A stretch of 63,960 nucleotides of DNA, the filler included, from Octopus bimaculoides (Eukaryota), in the NCBI RefSeq assembly GCF_001194135.2. It is 6 parts of 5 records of this genome, joined end to end, with 100 filler letters (N's around TTAATTAATTAA, not from the genome) between each part and the next. Parts side by side here need not be neighbours in the genome. Positions count along the whole stretch, not along the records: positions 1 to 29,771 come from NC_069006.1; 5 more parts are not named here. One strand, written 5' to 3'. Made by a program: the position numbers and the translations under genes. The stretch's first letter is position 1; each line of letters starts with the position of its first letter. Positions 13,926-25,518 of this stretch are shown piece after piece. The notes beneath the pieces were generated by a model. It was not told the origin of the DNA and searched no databases. It saw only the letters and a program-made list of their open reading frames with translations.

Positions 13926-14152
13926 AAGTTACTTATGAGATGTTTTGTGAATGTTTAGTTGAGTCTGTTCAAGAACCTGGAGATGGACCATGGCAGAATT
14001 GGAACTCGACATTTTGTCCGACAAAAAACCATTAAGAATTTCGCCCGGCGTGTTAACGATTCTGCCAGCTCACCAATAATAATAATAATAATAAGTTACT
14101 TACGAGATGTTTTGTGAATGTTTAGTTGAGTCTGTTGAAGAACCTGGAGATG
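13926..14152. repeat. 60-bp direct repeat (13926-13985 and 14093-14152, 58/60 identical) flanking a SINE-C head fragment
   Basis: AAGTTACTTA(T/C)GAGATG...CTGTT(C/G)AAGAACCTGGAGATG occurs twice; the ~107 bp between is a minus-strand SINE head plus (AAT)n. Confidence 0.88.
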
Positions 14153-15840
14153 TCTACACAAATATCTAGAACCATCTTGGGTGGCAAGGATGGAGGCACA
14201 TCTTTCACAGCTGCCTTAGGACTCAGCAAAGACTGTGAGCACTAAAAGCGACTCTTTATAGGACTCAGAGTCTTCTCAATGTGACACAATGCATCTTCAG
14301 TTACAGGGGAGAAACTTGACCCAGCGATACAATTCACCTAAGTGTGCTAAGGGTTAATGTGATTTCTTTTGTGCCGTAAACTAGTTACCATTTCTGTGCT
14401 TTCCCCATTTCTTTGATGTCCTAAGTTCATGCTTATTTAGCTTAATGGTTAATCCAGTGCTGACTGCAGTAAATAAAACAGAGGAATCTAGGCCAGTTCT
14501 TTGTTCTCTCACCCCCAGTCACCTTGATCCAATATCAAACTACATATTACACAACTTGGTCATTGAAGAATAGTTTATTAAATATATGTAACTATTTCTG
14601 AGAGCCATCAGTTCTGGTCGCGTTTCTTCATTTTTTTTTTTTTTTTTTTTNNNNNNNNNNTTTTTTTTTTTTTTTCTTTTGTCGGCAGGCTCCAAAGTGG
14701 AGAAACAACCAGACAATATAGTGTTAGGTTACCATTTAGTTTAGATATTGCCATCGTGTGGCGCTGGTTGTTTACTACAATTTGACATCTGCTTCCAACC
14801 AAACCCCACCCTGTTAATGTGTGTTGTGTGTGTGTGTGTGTGCGTGTGCGTGCGTATATGTATTTGTGCGTGTGTGAATATTATCATTTGCGATTGGCTT
14901 CACCAATGCCTTTGTATTTTTCATGGAGTGACTCTTAGTATCTTCTATAACTCAGATTGTAAGTAAACAAACCCCAACCAGGAATTACAGATCTCAATGA
15001 GTTACTAACAGGGTTTCTTCCTCAATGCAGGTTACTGAACAATCATGAAATACTCAACGGCTGTGACAGACAAGCATCTTAGTTTTAACCTTTAGTGCAG
15101 GGAGTTTAGCAATTAGTCACCAAATATTACCTTCCTAAATAAATGGTTTGAGGTTCAGTCCCTCTACTTGGCACTTTGGGCGAGTGCTTTCTGTTATAGG
15201 GCCCCAGGGGGAACAGAGCATTGTGAGTGGATTTGGTAGGACAGAATCTGAAAAAAAGCTTGTTTGTGTCTGTATGTCTTCTTGTCTTGATGTTACATGA
15301 GGGTTGTGAGTGCCCTTGTCGTACAAGCAATATCTTTCATTTCCAGCCTTCTGTAGAAACATATTTAGCCCTGAAGAAATATTACCTTATTTGGAAATCG
15401 ATGAAGGTTAGTGACAGCAAGTGTATCTATCTCGCTGTAGAATATCTGCCTCAACGAATTCCCTCTGACCTATACAAGCATGGAAAAGTGGCTGAAAAAA
15501 CAATGATGATTACTATTTTCAATGCTTCTGAAATCATTTTCAATTACCCAATCATTCTTATCAAAAATTGATTTCATAAATATTCACAAGTATTTTCTAG
15601 TTGTCCATTTTCCCGCTTTTATCCTCTTTATCTCAACAATTTCACCGGATTTCATAACTGCTTTACATACTTCAAAATAGCCATTATTACGTGTCTATCG
15701 CTTAAGTTTCAATGCCTCGTTACCCCATCAGTATTAACAGTTGCAGATCATAAATAAAAGTGATTACCTACTGGATTGCTTATGCAAATTGTTTATAATA
15801 CTTCATAATTTGTGTCTTCTCTACTGGTGTTCCATATACT

Positions 15841-15882
<42 letters not shown>

Positions 15883-16324
15883 CGTGGTGTTGATAGTACT
15901 ACAGTCACTTGTCTACTTGACTTTAAATGATAGTTGAACTTTGGTACTTAACAGTATCTCCTCGCTTCTAAAGTTTGAATCATTTAGTGTGTGTATTTAC
16001 TGCTAGTTTGTTTCATTCTTTGTGTCTCGAAACACTTCATCCGCTACAGCTTTCAAGGAAAAAGAATTTATGTGGTGTTAACCTTCCTTGGTCAGTGGCC
16101 TTCCTTTTTTACGTGTACATTATATATACAAATATATATATATGTATATATATATGCTGTTGCTGTGGTATCTGTCGCTATGCAATTGAAATGTGTGAGT
16201 TGAAGAAATATTTTAATTATTCAAACGTGTGAAAGGTGTTCTTCTGGAGACTAATACTTAATGGCTTTAGAGGAAAATAATAGTAGTAGTAGTAGTAGTA
16301 ATAATAATAATAATAATAATAATA

Positions 16325-16538
16325 ATCCTTTTTATTGTAGGGACAAGGCTGGAGTTTTCTGGGGAGGGGACGAGTTGATTACATCGACTTCACTACTCAG
16401 CTCGTACTTAATTACCCTGAAAGGATGAAAGACAAAGTTAACCTCAGTGTTGTTTGAACTCAGAATGCGAAGATGAGGTGAAACGCTGCTAAGCATTTTG
16501 TCTGGCATGCTAACAATTCTGCCAGCTCACTGCCTTCG

Positions 16539-16570
<32 letters not shown>

Positions 16571-16855
16571 TTCTGCTATAGGCACAAGGCTTGAAATTTT
16601 GGGGGAGAAAACTAGTCTATTGCATCCCCCCCCCCCCCNNNNNNNNNNNNNNNNNNNNNNNNNNNNNNNNNNNNNATACACACAGCCACCAGTACGCAAC
16701 TGGTACTTAATTTATTGACCCCGAAAGGATGAAAAGCAAAGTCGACCTCAGCAGAATTTGAACTCGGAATGTAAAGACAGATGAAATGCCGCTAAGCATT
16801 TTCCCCCGGTTTGCTAACACTTCTGCCAACTCGTCACAATAGTAATAATAATAAT
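16325..16855 (-). mobile_element. Two tandem SINE family C copies separated and flanked by (AAT)n
   Basis: Copies at ~16325-16540 and ~16570-16840, each with AAAGGATGAAA..CAAAGT..ACCTC and GCTAAC..TTCTGCCA blocks. Confidence 0.8.
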
Positions 16856-16984
16856 AATAATAATAATCACAAATTCAAGTCTAGAGTTTCGGTGACACTC
16901 CTATTGCTTATCTTCAAAGATATGTTTATAGATTAATTTCTGTTTTATTTAATTTTTCTTTTTCTTGATTAGTGATAACTGCTT

Positions 16985-17370
16985 TTGTTGTTGTTGTTGT
17001 TCACCCTGTCAGCCCAGGTCAGGATGATCTATGATCAGAAGTACTCCAGCCTTGACTCTCCAGTCAGTCTTCAAATTTAGAGTACCTAGGACAATGTTAT
17101 ATATAATGTGTCCTGCTTGGTGAAGAGGGGAGGTGAAAGACAGCAGGTCGTGATTTGTGGGAGGTTTTGGCTGCTATTTCTAATGGGTCCGAGGTTCTCT
17201 TGTTAGTTTGGTCAGGCATTCAAGGCCATGATTATCTCATTCTTTTGAATATCAGGGACTACATGTCCAAAACCCTTCCCTTCTACCCATTTTTTAAGGG
17301 CAGTAGAGTGTGATATGAGGAAAAATTTGGCTGCTATATCTAGCAGGTCACGTGACCACATAGGGGTCAA
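16985..17370. mobile_element. Dispersed repeat family E (two partial copies; TTTGGCTGCTATTTCTAG core, (TTG)n end)
   Basis: The core recurs at ~3215(-), 30590-30785, 33400 and 39040-39260(-). Confidence 0.55.
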
Positions 17371-17518
17371 CACGTGTATGTATGTGTGTTCTTCAGTTTG
17401 TTGTATCCCTTATAGGCAAGGCCCCTTTGGAGCTTTGCCTCTCAAGTTTCACTCAAATGAATCTGAAAGTAAAATTTTTTTCTTTTTTTTTCTGTTTCTT
17501 TTTTCTTTTCCGTCGCAG

Positions 17519-17778
17519 GCCTGTCAAGATGAACCGTCAAATCTGGAATGCATACACAAGTCGGAACTATTTCCTAAAAAGGAACTGGTGACAGAAGATC
17601 GCTACCTGCAGTTCCCTTTCCCTCTTTTGTGCGGAGAGTCTGTCGAATACCTTGGCAAAATAGACGATGGCATCATAGCTCTGTCCAACTTCAGAGTCCT
17701 GATCAAGTGCAAAGATTTATTTGCCAACGTCCCAATTGGACTGATTGAATTCGTTGAGACCAGAGACATTTTCCACAT
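17519..17778 (+). CDS. MTMR3: MTMR3/4 exon, PH-GRAM N-part (ACQDEPSNLECIHKSELFPKKELV...VPIGLIEFVETRDIFH); 3' end lost in gap
   Basis: Long T tract, then cgcag|GCC acceptor. Matches MTMR3 SLECIQ..FP..L.....LQVPF..L.GES.E..G. Runs into N at 17779. Confidence 0.92.
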
Positions 17779-19227
17779 NNNNNNNNNNNNNNNNNNNNNN
17801 NNNNNNNNNNNNNNNNNNNNNNNNNNNNNNNNNNNNNNNNNNNNNNNNNNNNNNNNNNNNNNNNNNNNNNNNNNNNNNNNNNNNNNNNNNNNNNNNNNNN
17901 NNNNNNNNNNNNNNNNNNNNNNNNNNNNNNNNNNNNNNNNNNNNNNNNNNNNNNNNNNNNNNNNNNNNNNNNNNNNNNNNNNNNNNNNNNNNNNNNNNNN
18001 NNNNNNNNNNNNNNNNNNNNNNNNNNNNNNNNNNNNNNNNNNNNNNNNNNNNNNNNNNNNNNNNNNNNNNNNNNNNNNNNNNNNNNNNNNNNNNNNNNNN
18101 NNNNNNNNNNNNNNNNNNNNNNNNNNNNNNNNNNNNNNNNNNNNNNNNNNNNNNNNNNNNNNNNNNNNNNNNNNNNNNNNNNNNNNNNNNNNNNNNNNNN
18201 NNNNNNNNNNNNNNNNNNNNNNNNNNNNNNNNNNNNNNNNNNNNNNNNNNNNNNNNNNNNNNNNNNNNNNNNNNNNNNNNNNNNNNNNNNNNNNNNNNNN
18301 NNNNNNNNNNNNNNNNNNNNNNNNNNNNNNNNNNNNNNNNNNNNNNNNNNNNNNNNNNNNNNNNNNNNNNNNNNNNNNNNNNNNNNNNNNNNNNNNNNNN
18401 NNNNNNNNNNNNNNNNNNNNNNNNNNNNNNNNNNNNNNNNNNNNNNNNNNNNNNNNNNNNNNNNNNNNNNNNNNNNNNNNNNNNNNNNNNNNNNNNNNNN
18501 NNNNNNNNNNNNNNNNNNNNNNNNNNNNNNNNNNNNNNNNNNNNNNNNNNNNNNNNNNNNNNNNNNNNNNNNNNNNNNTTTATTGTTTAACCTATCAATT
18601 TACCCCCTATTGAAACGGTTCTTGGCTTGGAACGATCTTCGTATTCTATTATTGACATTGTTCCATTGTTCCATTTAATATGTTTTGCAATAATATTCAT
18701 CGACAAGACACGGAACACCAACAGCATCAGCAGCAGCAGCAGCGCTCGGCACAGATTCGGTTTGTAGCGTCGTGGTTCACACTTGATTCGATATTATACA
18801 TGGCTGAACGGGAAATAGACTGTTTGGAAGCTCTTCCGTCTTTTATTTATCTTTTGCTTGTTTCAGTCACTGTGGCCATACTGGAGCACTGCCTCGAAGA
18901 ATTTTTAGTGGAGTGATTTGACTCCAGTGCTTTAAAAAAAATTTTTTTTTTAAGCCTTGTACTTATTCTATTGGGCCCTTTGGACGAACCGCTATATTAA
19001 AGGGATGTAAACAAACCAACACTGGTTGTCACGCGGTAATGGGAGGGGTGGGGCAAGTGCAGACACAAAGAGACATGTACATGCAATGGGCTTCTTTCAG
19101 TGTGTGTATGTGTGTGTGTGTGTGCACACACATTTCTTTCTAGATGTCCTATTATATTTCTTGTTTTGTTTTTTTTAATTTCATTTCTAATATTTGCTTT
19201 TGTTTGCTTTGTTTCTCTGTTTTGTAG

Positions 19228-19406
19228 GTGTTCGTTTGCCACAAATGAATTGTGCCAAGATTGGTTTAAGCGGCTCAATGCAGTCATTACAACCCCAACA
19301 CGAATGGAAGATCTGTTTGCGTTTGCATTCCATGCTTGGTGTGTGGATCACTGCAACAGGGAACAGAACTCCTCGTGCTATCAGTTGTGCGTGCAGAATT
19401 CTCCAG
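19228..19406 (+). CDS. MTMR3: MTMR3/4 exon (R|CSFATNELCQDWFKRLN...MEDLFAFAFHAWC...NSP)
   Basis: tttgtag|G acceptor (phase 2); CCAG|gtaaaa donor (phase 1); EDLFAFAFHAW motif. Confidence 0.93.
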
Positions 19407-19509
19407 GTAAAAAAACCTTCTTAACCCAGCTTGTAATACCTTTTCCAAACGTATTCATTGTCTTTATAATTGTTTGCTGTTGGTTGTAATTTTATTCATC
19501 TGTTTTCAG

Positions 19510-19606
19510 TGGAAAGTTATCAACTGCGTTTTGGTAAAGAAGTGAAACGGATGAATTTTGATTTGAAGTCAGCATGGAGGATATCTTACATCAACGAAGA
19601 TTATGA
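19510..19606 (+). CDS. MTMR3: MTMR3/4 exon (VESYQLRFGKEVKRMNFDLKSAWRISYINEDYE); not in ORF track
   Basis: ttttcag|TG acceptor (phase 1); GA|gtaagt donor (phase 2); matches RF..EV.RMGFD...AWRIS.IN..Y. Confidence 0.93.
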
Positions 19607-20074
19607 GTAAGTGGAGTTTAGATACAATATACATAATATAATTGTTGTACGCTGGGGAAATTGGCTAGCACACTTGTCACGGAAACAAAGATATGTGGGT
19701 TCAAGCCCAACACATACAGGAAAACCTACTTTTTTCCATGGAGGGCTTATAAGCCCCATTATTAGACTATTTTCTTTAGTCATTGCATAGTGATCGCTGC
19801 TTATAAGCTTTAAGCACACAAAAAACTTATCTTAATTACAGATTAATAAAGTAACTGTTTTTTTAAATTTTATTTTTATTATTATTACTACTACTACTAC
19901 AATGGGCAAAATGTTTAGAACATAAAGACAGACGAAATGGTGCCAAGTTCAAATTTTACTAATTATTAATTATTAATCAGTGCCTCTGCAATGTTATATG
20001 TCCAAGTGATTAGTATTTTCTCATGATGTTTCTGTGTTTTGGGTTTTTATTTACTTGTGTTTTTATTTGCCCAG

Positions 20075-20188
20075 GATTTGCCCTTCATATCCTGAAGTCC
20101 ACATTGTTCCTGCTGTTATCACAGATGAAGAATTGAAAAATGTTGCAAGTTTCCGATCCATGCGAAGGATTCCGTCAGTGGTTTGGAG
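20075..20188 (+). CDS. MTMR3: MTMR3/4 exon (ICPSYPEVHIVPAVITDEELKNVASFRSMRRIPSVVWR)
   Basis: gcccag|G acceptor (phase 2); AG|gtaaga donor (phase 2); myotubularin CPSYP...VP..ITD.EL..VASFRS..RIP motif. Confidence 0.95.
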
Positions 20189-21315
20189 GTAAGATAGTTT
20201 GACACATTCTGGGGGTTGTTGTCTCTCTCCTGTCCCAGACAAGTGTAAATGTTTTCATCTCTGCAGACTTCATTACAAACATCAACCCTTGACATGCCAG
20301 GAACACCAAAAAGGGGGGGGGAAACGCACCTGGTATACACAAAGTGGTTGGAGTATAAAGTAATACTTAAGGTGCATTGGATCATGTCAGACAATCCAAA
20401 ACATCCCAGCATGGAACATGGATGTTAAATAATGAGGAGTTGGGATGCTGCCACTGGATTACAAATGTGGTGTTCCTCAAATTAAAAAAAAAAAAACAAG
20501 CAACCACTACACATTGTAAAGTGGTTAGCATTAGGAAAGGCATCCAATTGTAGAAACCCTGCCAAAGATGACCTTGGAGTTTGTTGCNNNNNNNNNNNNN
20601 NNNNNNNNNNNNNNNNNNNNNNNNNNNNNNNNNNNNNNNNNNNNNNNNNNNNNNNNNNNNNNNNNNNNNNNNNNNNNNNNNNNNNNNNNNNNNNNNNNNN
20701 NNNNNNNNNNNNNNNNNNNNNNNNNNNNNNNNNNNNNNNNNNNNNNNNNNNNNNNNNNNNNNNNNNNNNNNNNNNNNNNNNNNNNNNNNNNNNNNNNNNN
20801 NNNNNNNNNNNNNNNNNNNNNNNNNNNNNNNNNNNNNNNNNNNNNNNNNNNNNNNNNNNNNNNNNNNNNNNNNNNNNNNNNNNNNNNNNNNNNNNNNNNN
20901 NNNNNNNNNNNNNNNNNNNNNNNNNNNNNNNNNNNNNNNNNNNNNNNNNNNNNNNNNNNNNNNNNNNNNNNNNNNNNNNNNNNNNNNNNNNNNNNNNNNN
21001 NNNNNNNNNNNNNNNNNNNNNNNNNNNNNNNNNNNNNNNNNNNNNNNNNNNNNNNNNNNNNNNNNNNNNNNNNNNNNNNNNNNNNNNNNNNNNNNNNNNN
21101 NNNNNNNNNNNNNNNNNNNNNNNNNNNNNNNNNNNNNNNNNNNNNNNNNNNNNNNNNNNNNNNNNNNNNNNNNNNNNNNNNNNNNNNNNNTTTTTTGTTA
21201 TTTTCCATAATGCAGTTTTGGAAATTGTTTTGGAATTCTACCATGACACATGTCTTACATTTCCATAACATTAATCTTCACGTGCTTTTCTTTTTTTTTT
21301 TTCTATATATTCCAG

Positions 21316-21438
21316 ATGAGATGACAATGGGTATAAGAGAGAATTCCACCAATGCTCTTGGTATGTTGATTATCGATGCTAGGTCATACAGTGCAGCTAT
21401 TGCCAACCGAGCAAAGGGCGGTGGCTGTGAATGTGCAG
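21316..21438 (+). CDS. MTMR3: MTMR3/4 exon (DEMTMGIRENSTNALGMLIIDARSYSAAIANRAKGGGCECA)
   Basis: ttccag|AT acceptor (phase 1); GCAG|gtatgt donor (phase 1); DARS..A.ANRAKGGG.E motif. Confidence 0.95.
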
Positions 21439-21542
21439 GTATGTTGCCCTGATCCCTAAATAACTCTGTCCTGTATTTTGTTTATCTGTAAGTGACCTAA
21501 AGGTAGACATCAGATTCATTCTCTGTCAAAATTGTCAAAGTG

Positions 21543-21750
21543 AACGCACATGGCTCAGTGGTTAGAGCGTTGGGCTCACAATCATGAGGTTGTGAGTTCA
21601 ATTCCCAGACTGGTCTCTGTGTTGTGTTCTCGAGCAAGACGCTTTATTTCTCGTTGCTCCAGTTTACTCAGCTGTAGGGATGAGTTGTGATGTCACTTCT
21701 GCCAAACTGTATCAGCCCCTTTGCCTTTCTCTTGCATAAGATTGGTGACA
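21543..21750 (+). mobile_element. tRNA-head SINE (other family)
   Basis: TGGCTCAGTGGTTAGAGC A-box and GAGTTCAATTCC B-box followed by a non-tRNA body. Confidence 0.7.
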
Positions 21751-22361
21751 TGGAGAGAGAAGGGTTTTTTTTTTGTTTTTTGTTTTTTGAAGGGCCATAT
21801 TGGATCCCAGTTGAGAACCACTGCTCTTAAGGTGAATTTACCCTGTTTATCAGGGAATGAGGTTGATAATGTGTCAGAATCTCCAGTCCTAAAAGACTGA
21901 TGTTTCCTACATCAGATCAGCATCACTGTCCAACCCATCTCTCGTTGTTTCCAGTAATATTCTATCCAAATGTCCTCTGTCTGCTTCTACTTTATACCTT
22001 CTCACTTAACCCTGGTGGAAAATTAAGAAGGTAGAGGACGTCCGTCCACCTTTGATGATCAGCATTTGAAAACAATACGGTATTCTGGAACCTAACCACA
22101 GCATTACATCAGAAGTTTACTGTATGTAAAGAGTACACATCAATTATTAAGCATATAAAATTTCGTCTAAAACACTCCAAAGATATCTTAAATTGAATTT
22201 GAAAAAATGTTTTTGAAAAATCGGACAGTCTAATAAGAATGTTTGCTTCTGACCTTGTCTAAAGCTCCCCCTGTCACCTCCTGAATATTATTAAATGACA
22301 TCCCTTATCTAAACCAATCCCTTTTTTTTTATGTCTTCTTTTCTCTCTTTTCTTCCTCCAG

Positions 22362-22473
22362 AATATTATCCAAATTGTGAGATCCAGTTCATGAACCTTG
22401 CCAATATACATTCCATCAGGAAAAGCTTCTGTGCCCTTAGGACTTTGTGTGGATCATCTCCTGATCAAACAAA
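22362..22473 (+). CDS. MTMR3: MTMR3/4 exon (EYYPNCEIQFMNLANIHSIRKSFCALRTLCGSSPDQTN)
   Basis: Pyrimidine tract, ctccag|AA acceptor (phase 1); AA|gtaagt donor (phase 2); YYPNCE..FM..ANIHSIR.SF motif. Confidence 0.95.
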
Positions 22474-22718
22474 GTAAGTTTTTTTTCTTATTTTAATCTT
22501 GTTTTCTGTACCTGATATATTTATTAATCTGAACAATTTTCACTAATAATGATAATGGTTTCAAATTTCTGCCCCCACAAGGGCAGCTTTGGGGGCAGTG
22601 TTCAACTGGTACTTATTTTATTGATCCTCAAAAGCACGAAAGGCAAAGTTGACCTTGGCAGAATTTGAACTACTCTTATTTACTTTGCTTATCTGTTGGC
22701 TTTCTTTTACCTTTGTAG

Positions 22719-22914
22719 CTGGCTGTCTGGGCTTGAAAATACCAAGTGGCTTCACCATATTGCTAATCTGCTGAAAGCTGCCTGTGTCGTTGCTAGTGCA
22801 ATCCACAAAGAAGGTAGACCGGTTTTGGTGCACTGCTCCGACGGCTGGGATAGGACCCCTCAAATTGTGGCCTTGGCAGAATTGCTTTTGGATCCATACT
22901 ACAGAACTTCCTAT
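22719..22914 (+). CDS. MTMR3: MTMR3/4 catalytic exon (WLSGLENTKWLHH...VLVHCSDGWDRTPQIVALAELLLDPYYRTSY); CX5R at 22831-22854 intact
   Basis: tttgtag|C acceptor (phase 2); TAT|gtaagt donor (phase 0); HCSDGWDR signature of active myotubularins. Confidence 0.97.
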
Positions 22915-23014
22915 GTAAGTAAAACCTCCTCATATTCTAAACAGGTTCATCCCTTACTGTAGGGATTCTAAGCGACCGTTAATCAATTTCTTTTATTTTC
23001 CTGTTTCTCTTGTT

Positions 23015-23271
23015 AGACCATGGTCATGCTGGGGCACCACCTTGAAGAAATTTGCTCAGACAAATTGACCCCAATACTTTAGTTTTTTTTTTTTTTAAGC
23101 CTGATAGCCTGGTACTTATTTTATCAGTCTCTTTTTCTGAATGGCTAAGTTATGGGGATATAAACATACCAACACAGGTTGTCAAGCAGTGGTGGGGAGA
23201 ACAAACACTGACACACACGTGCACGCACTCGCACAAATACGCATGCACACATATACATGTGTGTGTATGTA

Positions 23272-23326
<55 letters not shown>

Positions 23327-23510
23327 CTATTTATATATATATATATGACAGGCTTCTTTCAGTTTCCATCTACCAAATCTACTCACAAGTCTTTGGTCAG
23401 CCTGAGACTACAGTAGAAGACACTTGCCCAAGGTGCCACACAGTAGGACTGAACCTGGAACCATGTGGTTGGGATGCAAGCTTCTTACCACACAACCACA
23501 CTTGCACCTA
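23015..23510 (-). mobile_element. Full-length SINE family A with internal (TA)n
   Basis: Head 23345-23510, (TA)n 23275-23345, body 23015-23200. Confidence 0.8.
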
Positions 23511-23599
23511 TTCATCTTTAAATATATATTTTTGTAGTTCTTTGCTGTTTTACAATCTGATCATAGTCATTGATTTCTCTCTCTCTTTTTAATTTCCAG

Positions 23600-23785
23600 G
23601 GATTCTATGTTCTTGTCGAAAGAGAATGGCTACAGTTTGGCCACAAGTTTGCTGATCGGTGTGGTCATGATGTCAACAACGGTGATTCCAATGAACGTTG
23701 CCCAGTCTTCTTACAATGGCTGGACTGTGTACACCAGATATATCGTCAGTTCCCATGTGCTTTTGAATTCTCTGAAGCCTTTCTG
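23600..23785 (+). CDS. MTMR3: MTMR3/4 exon (GFYVLVEREWLQFGHKFADRCGH...CPVFLQWLDCVHQIYRQFPCAFEFSEAFL)
   Basis: ttccag|GGA acceptor; CTG|gtaagt donor; phase 0/0. Confidence 0.96.
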
Positions 23786-23799
23786 GTAAGTTCATTAAG

Positions 23800-23838
<39 letters not shown>

Positions 23839-24469
23839 AGACTCCAGTCATGACTGATGCCAGTGTCCCGTAACTGGCACCCGTGCCAGCAACACGTACA
23901 AGGCACCCTTCGAACGTTAGGCCTCACAGAGGCAGTGACAAGTGACCGAGACCTTTAGCATTATACCATGCTTGAAAAGACCTGTCAAGCCAAGTGAAAC
24001 TGTAGTTGTGGCTGATGCCATTGTCACATGGCTGGCACCCAAGCCAGTGGCATGTAGAAAGCACCCATTTCATGGTTGGTGTTCAGAAGGACAGCCAGCC
24101 ATAGAAACCATGCCAAACCAGATTGGAACCTGGTGTAGCCAGACAGCTTACCAGTTTTCAGTCAAACTGTCCAACCCATGAGAGCATGGAAAGCAGATGC
24201 TAAGTGACGATGATGATGATGATGACACTTGTGTGGCAAAGCGATTATTAAAACTATGAAGGTACTGTGTGATGTGTTAGAGACCTTGATGACTTAAATT
24301 TCTTGACCATTGTATGCCAAATGTATTGCTTTACATTTAATGAACCAGCTCAATAATCTTTCTTTTAATCTCATTGAATACTTGCGATTTATTTATTGAT
24401 CTGTGTTCAATATTAACAATATACACATATTGAACTCTTTTTATTTAACTTTTTTTTTTTGTTTTTCAG

Positions 24470-24640
24470 ATAAAATTAGTCCAGCATACTTACTCCCGCC
24501 TCTTTGGGACATTTTTATGCAATAACGCCAATGAGCGCAAGAAAGCCAAGTTGAAAACCAAAACAGCTTCTGTTTGGTCCCTCCTGTTGCCTGGCAACAA
24601 AAGGTTCACCAACTCCTTGTATAACCCTTCAACAGATCAG
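24470..24640 (+). CDS. MTMR3: MTMR3/4 exon (IKLVQHTYSRLFGTFLCNNANERKKAKLKTKTASVWSLLLPGNKRFTNSLYNPSTDQ); not in ORF track
   Basis: tttttcag|ATA acceptor; CAG|gtactg donor; phase 0/0; KLVQHTYS.LFGTFLCNN motif. Confidence 0.95.
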
Positions 24641-25518
24641 GTACTGGTGATTATTGTGTTTTTGTTTTTTTTTTCAAATCCAATATAATCCGACAGCTTC
24701 CCCCCCNNNNNNNNNNNNNNNNNNNNNNNNNNNNNNNNNNNNNNNNNNNNNNNNNNNNNNNNNNNNNNNNNNNNNNNNNNNNNNNNNNNNNNNNNNNNNN
24801 NNNNNNNNNNNNNNNNNNNNNNNNNNNNNNNNNNNNNNNNNNNNNNNNNNNNNNNNNNNNNNNNNNNNNNNNNNNNNNNNNNNNNNNNNNNNNNNNNNNN
24901 NNNNNNNNNNNNNNNNNNNNNNNNNNNNNNNNNNNNNNNNNNNNNNNNNNNNNNNNNNNNNNNNNNNNNNNNNNNNNNNNNNNNNNNNNNNNNNNNNNNN
25001 NNNNNNNNNNNNNNNNNNNNNNNNNNNNNNNNATAATCAGCTTACCCCTTCCCCACAAAATGTCAGCCCTTGTGCCTAGTGTAGAAAAAAAAATTATTAT
25101 TGTTAAAAGAATTGTTACACCCCGGATGAAGATGGCAAGCTGAGAGGGTTGTCAACCAGACAAGATGCTTAGTGACTTTTTGGGTGGGGTTTATGTTCTG
25201 AATCCAAGTACCATTTAGGTCAGCTTTACCTTTCATCCTTTCAAGGTTGATAAAATAAAATACCAGTTTCGCACTGGGGGTCAGTCTAATCAAGTAGTCC
25301 CTTCCCCCCCACTATTCCATTGTGCCTACGGTAGAAAGAATATTTTAATCAGCTTGATCAGTTTCATACAGATTTCTGGTATTTTGCCAATATAATTAAT
25401 TAATTAATTAAATAATTAATGATGTTTACTTGATTAAATAATTTGTTTGTTTCACTCATAAATTATATTTTTCTTTTTTTCTCTTTTTCTTTTTCCCCAA
25501 ATACACTTCTCTTTACAG

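Noticed and set aside
18680-18916. PolyQ-containing ORF (HQQHQQQQQ) in an MTMR intron
   Set aside because: Short (CAG)n tract, no homology to MTMR3/4, no convincing splice sites, and it runs into a SINE body.
21543-21615. tRNA-like sequences (also heads at 279, 26718, 61258 and the B-box at 19697)
   Set aside because: A/B boxes are followed by multi-copy SINE bodies and no complete cloverleaf is apparent; these are SINE heads, not tRNA genes.
24470-24500. Ile at the exon start (ATA) where human has Val, as a candidate restorative A-to-I recoding site; also YSR versus human YSC
   Set aside because: I/V is a common neutral substitution, C-to-R is not an A-to-I change, and DNA alone cannot show editing.
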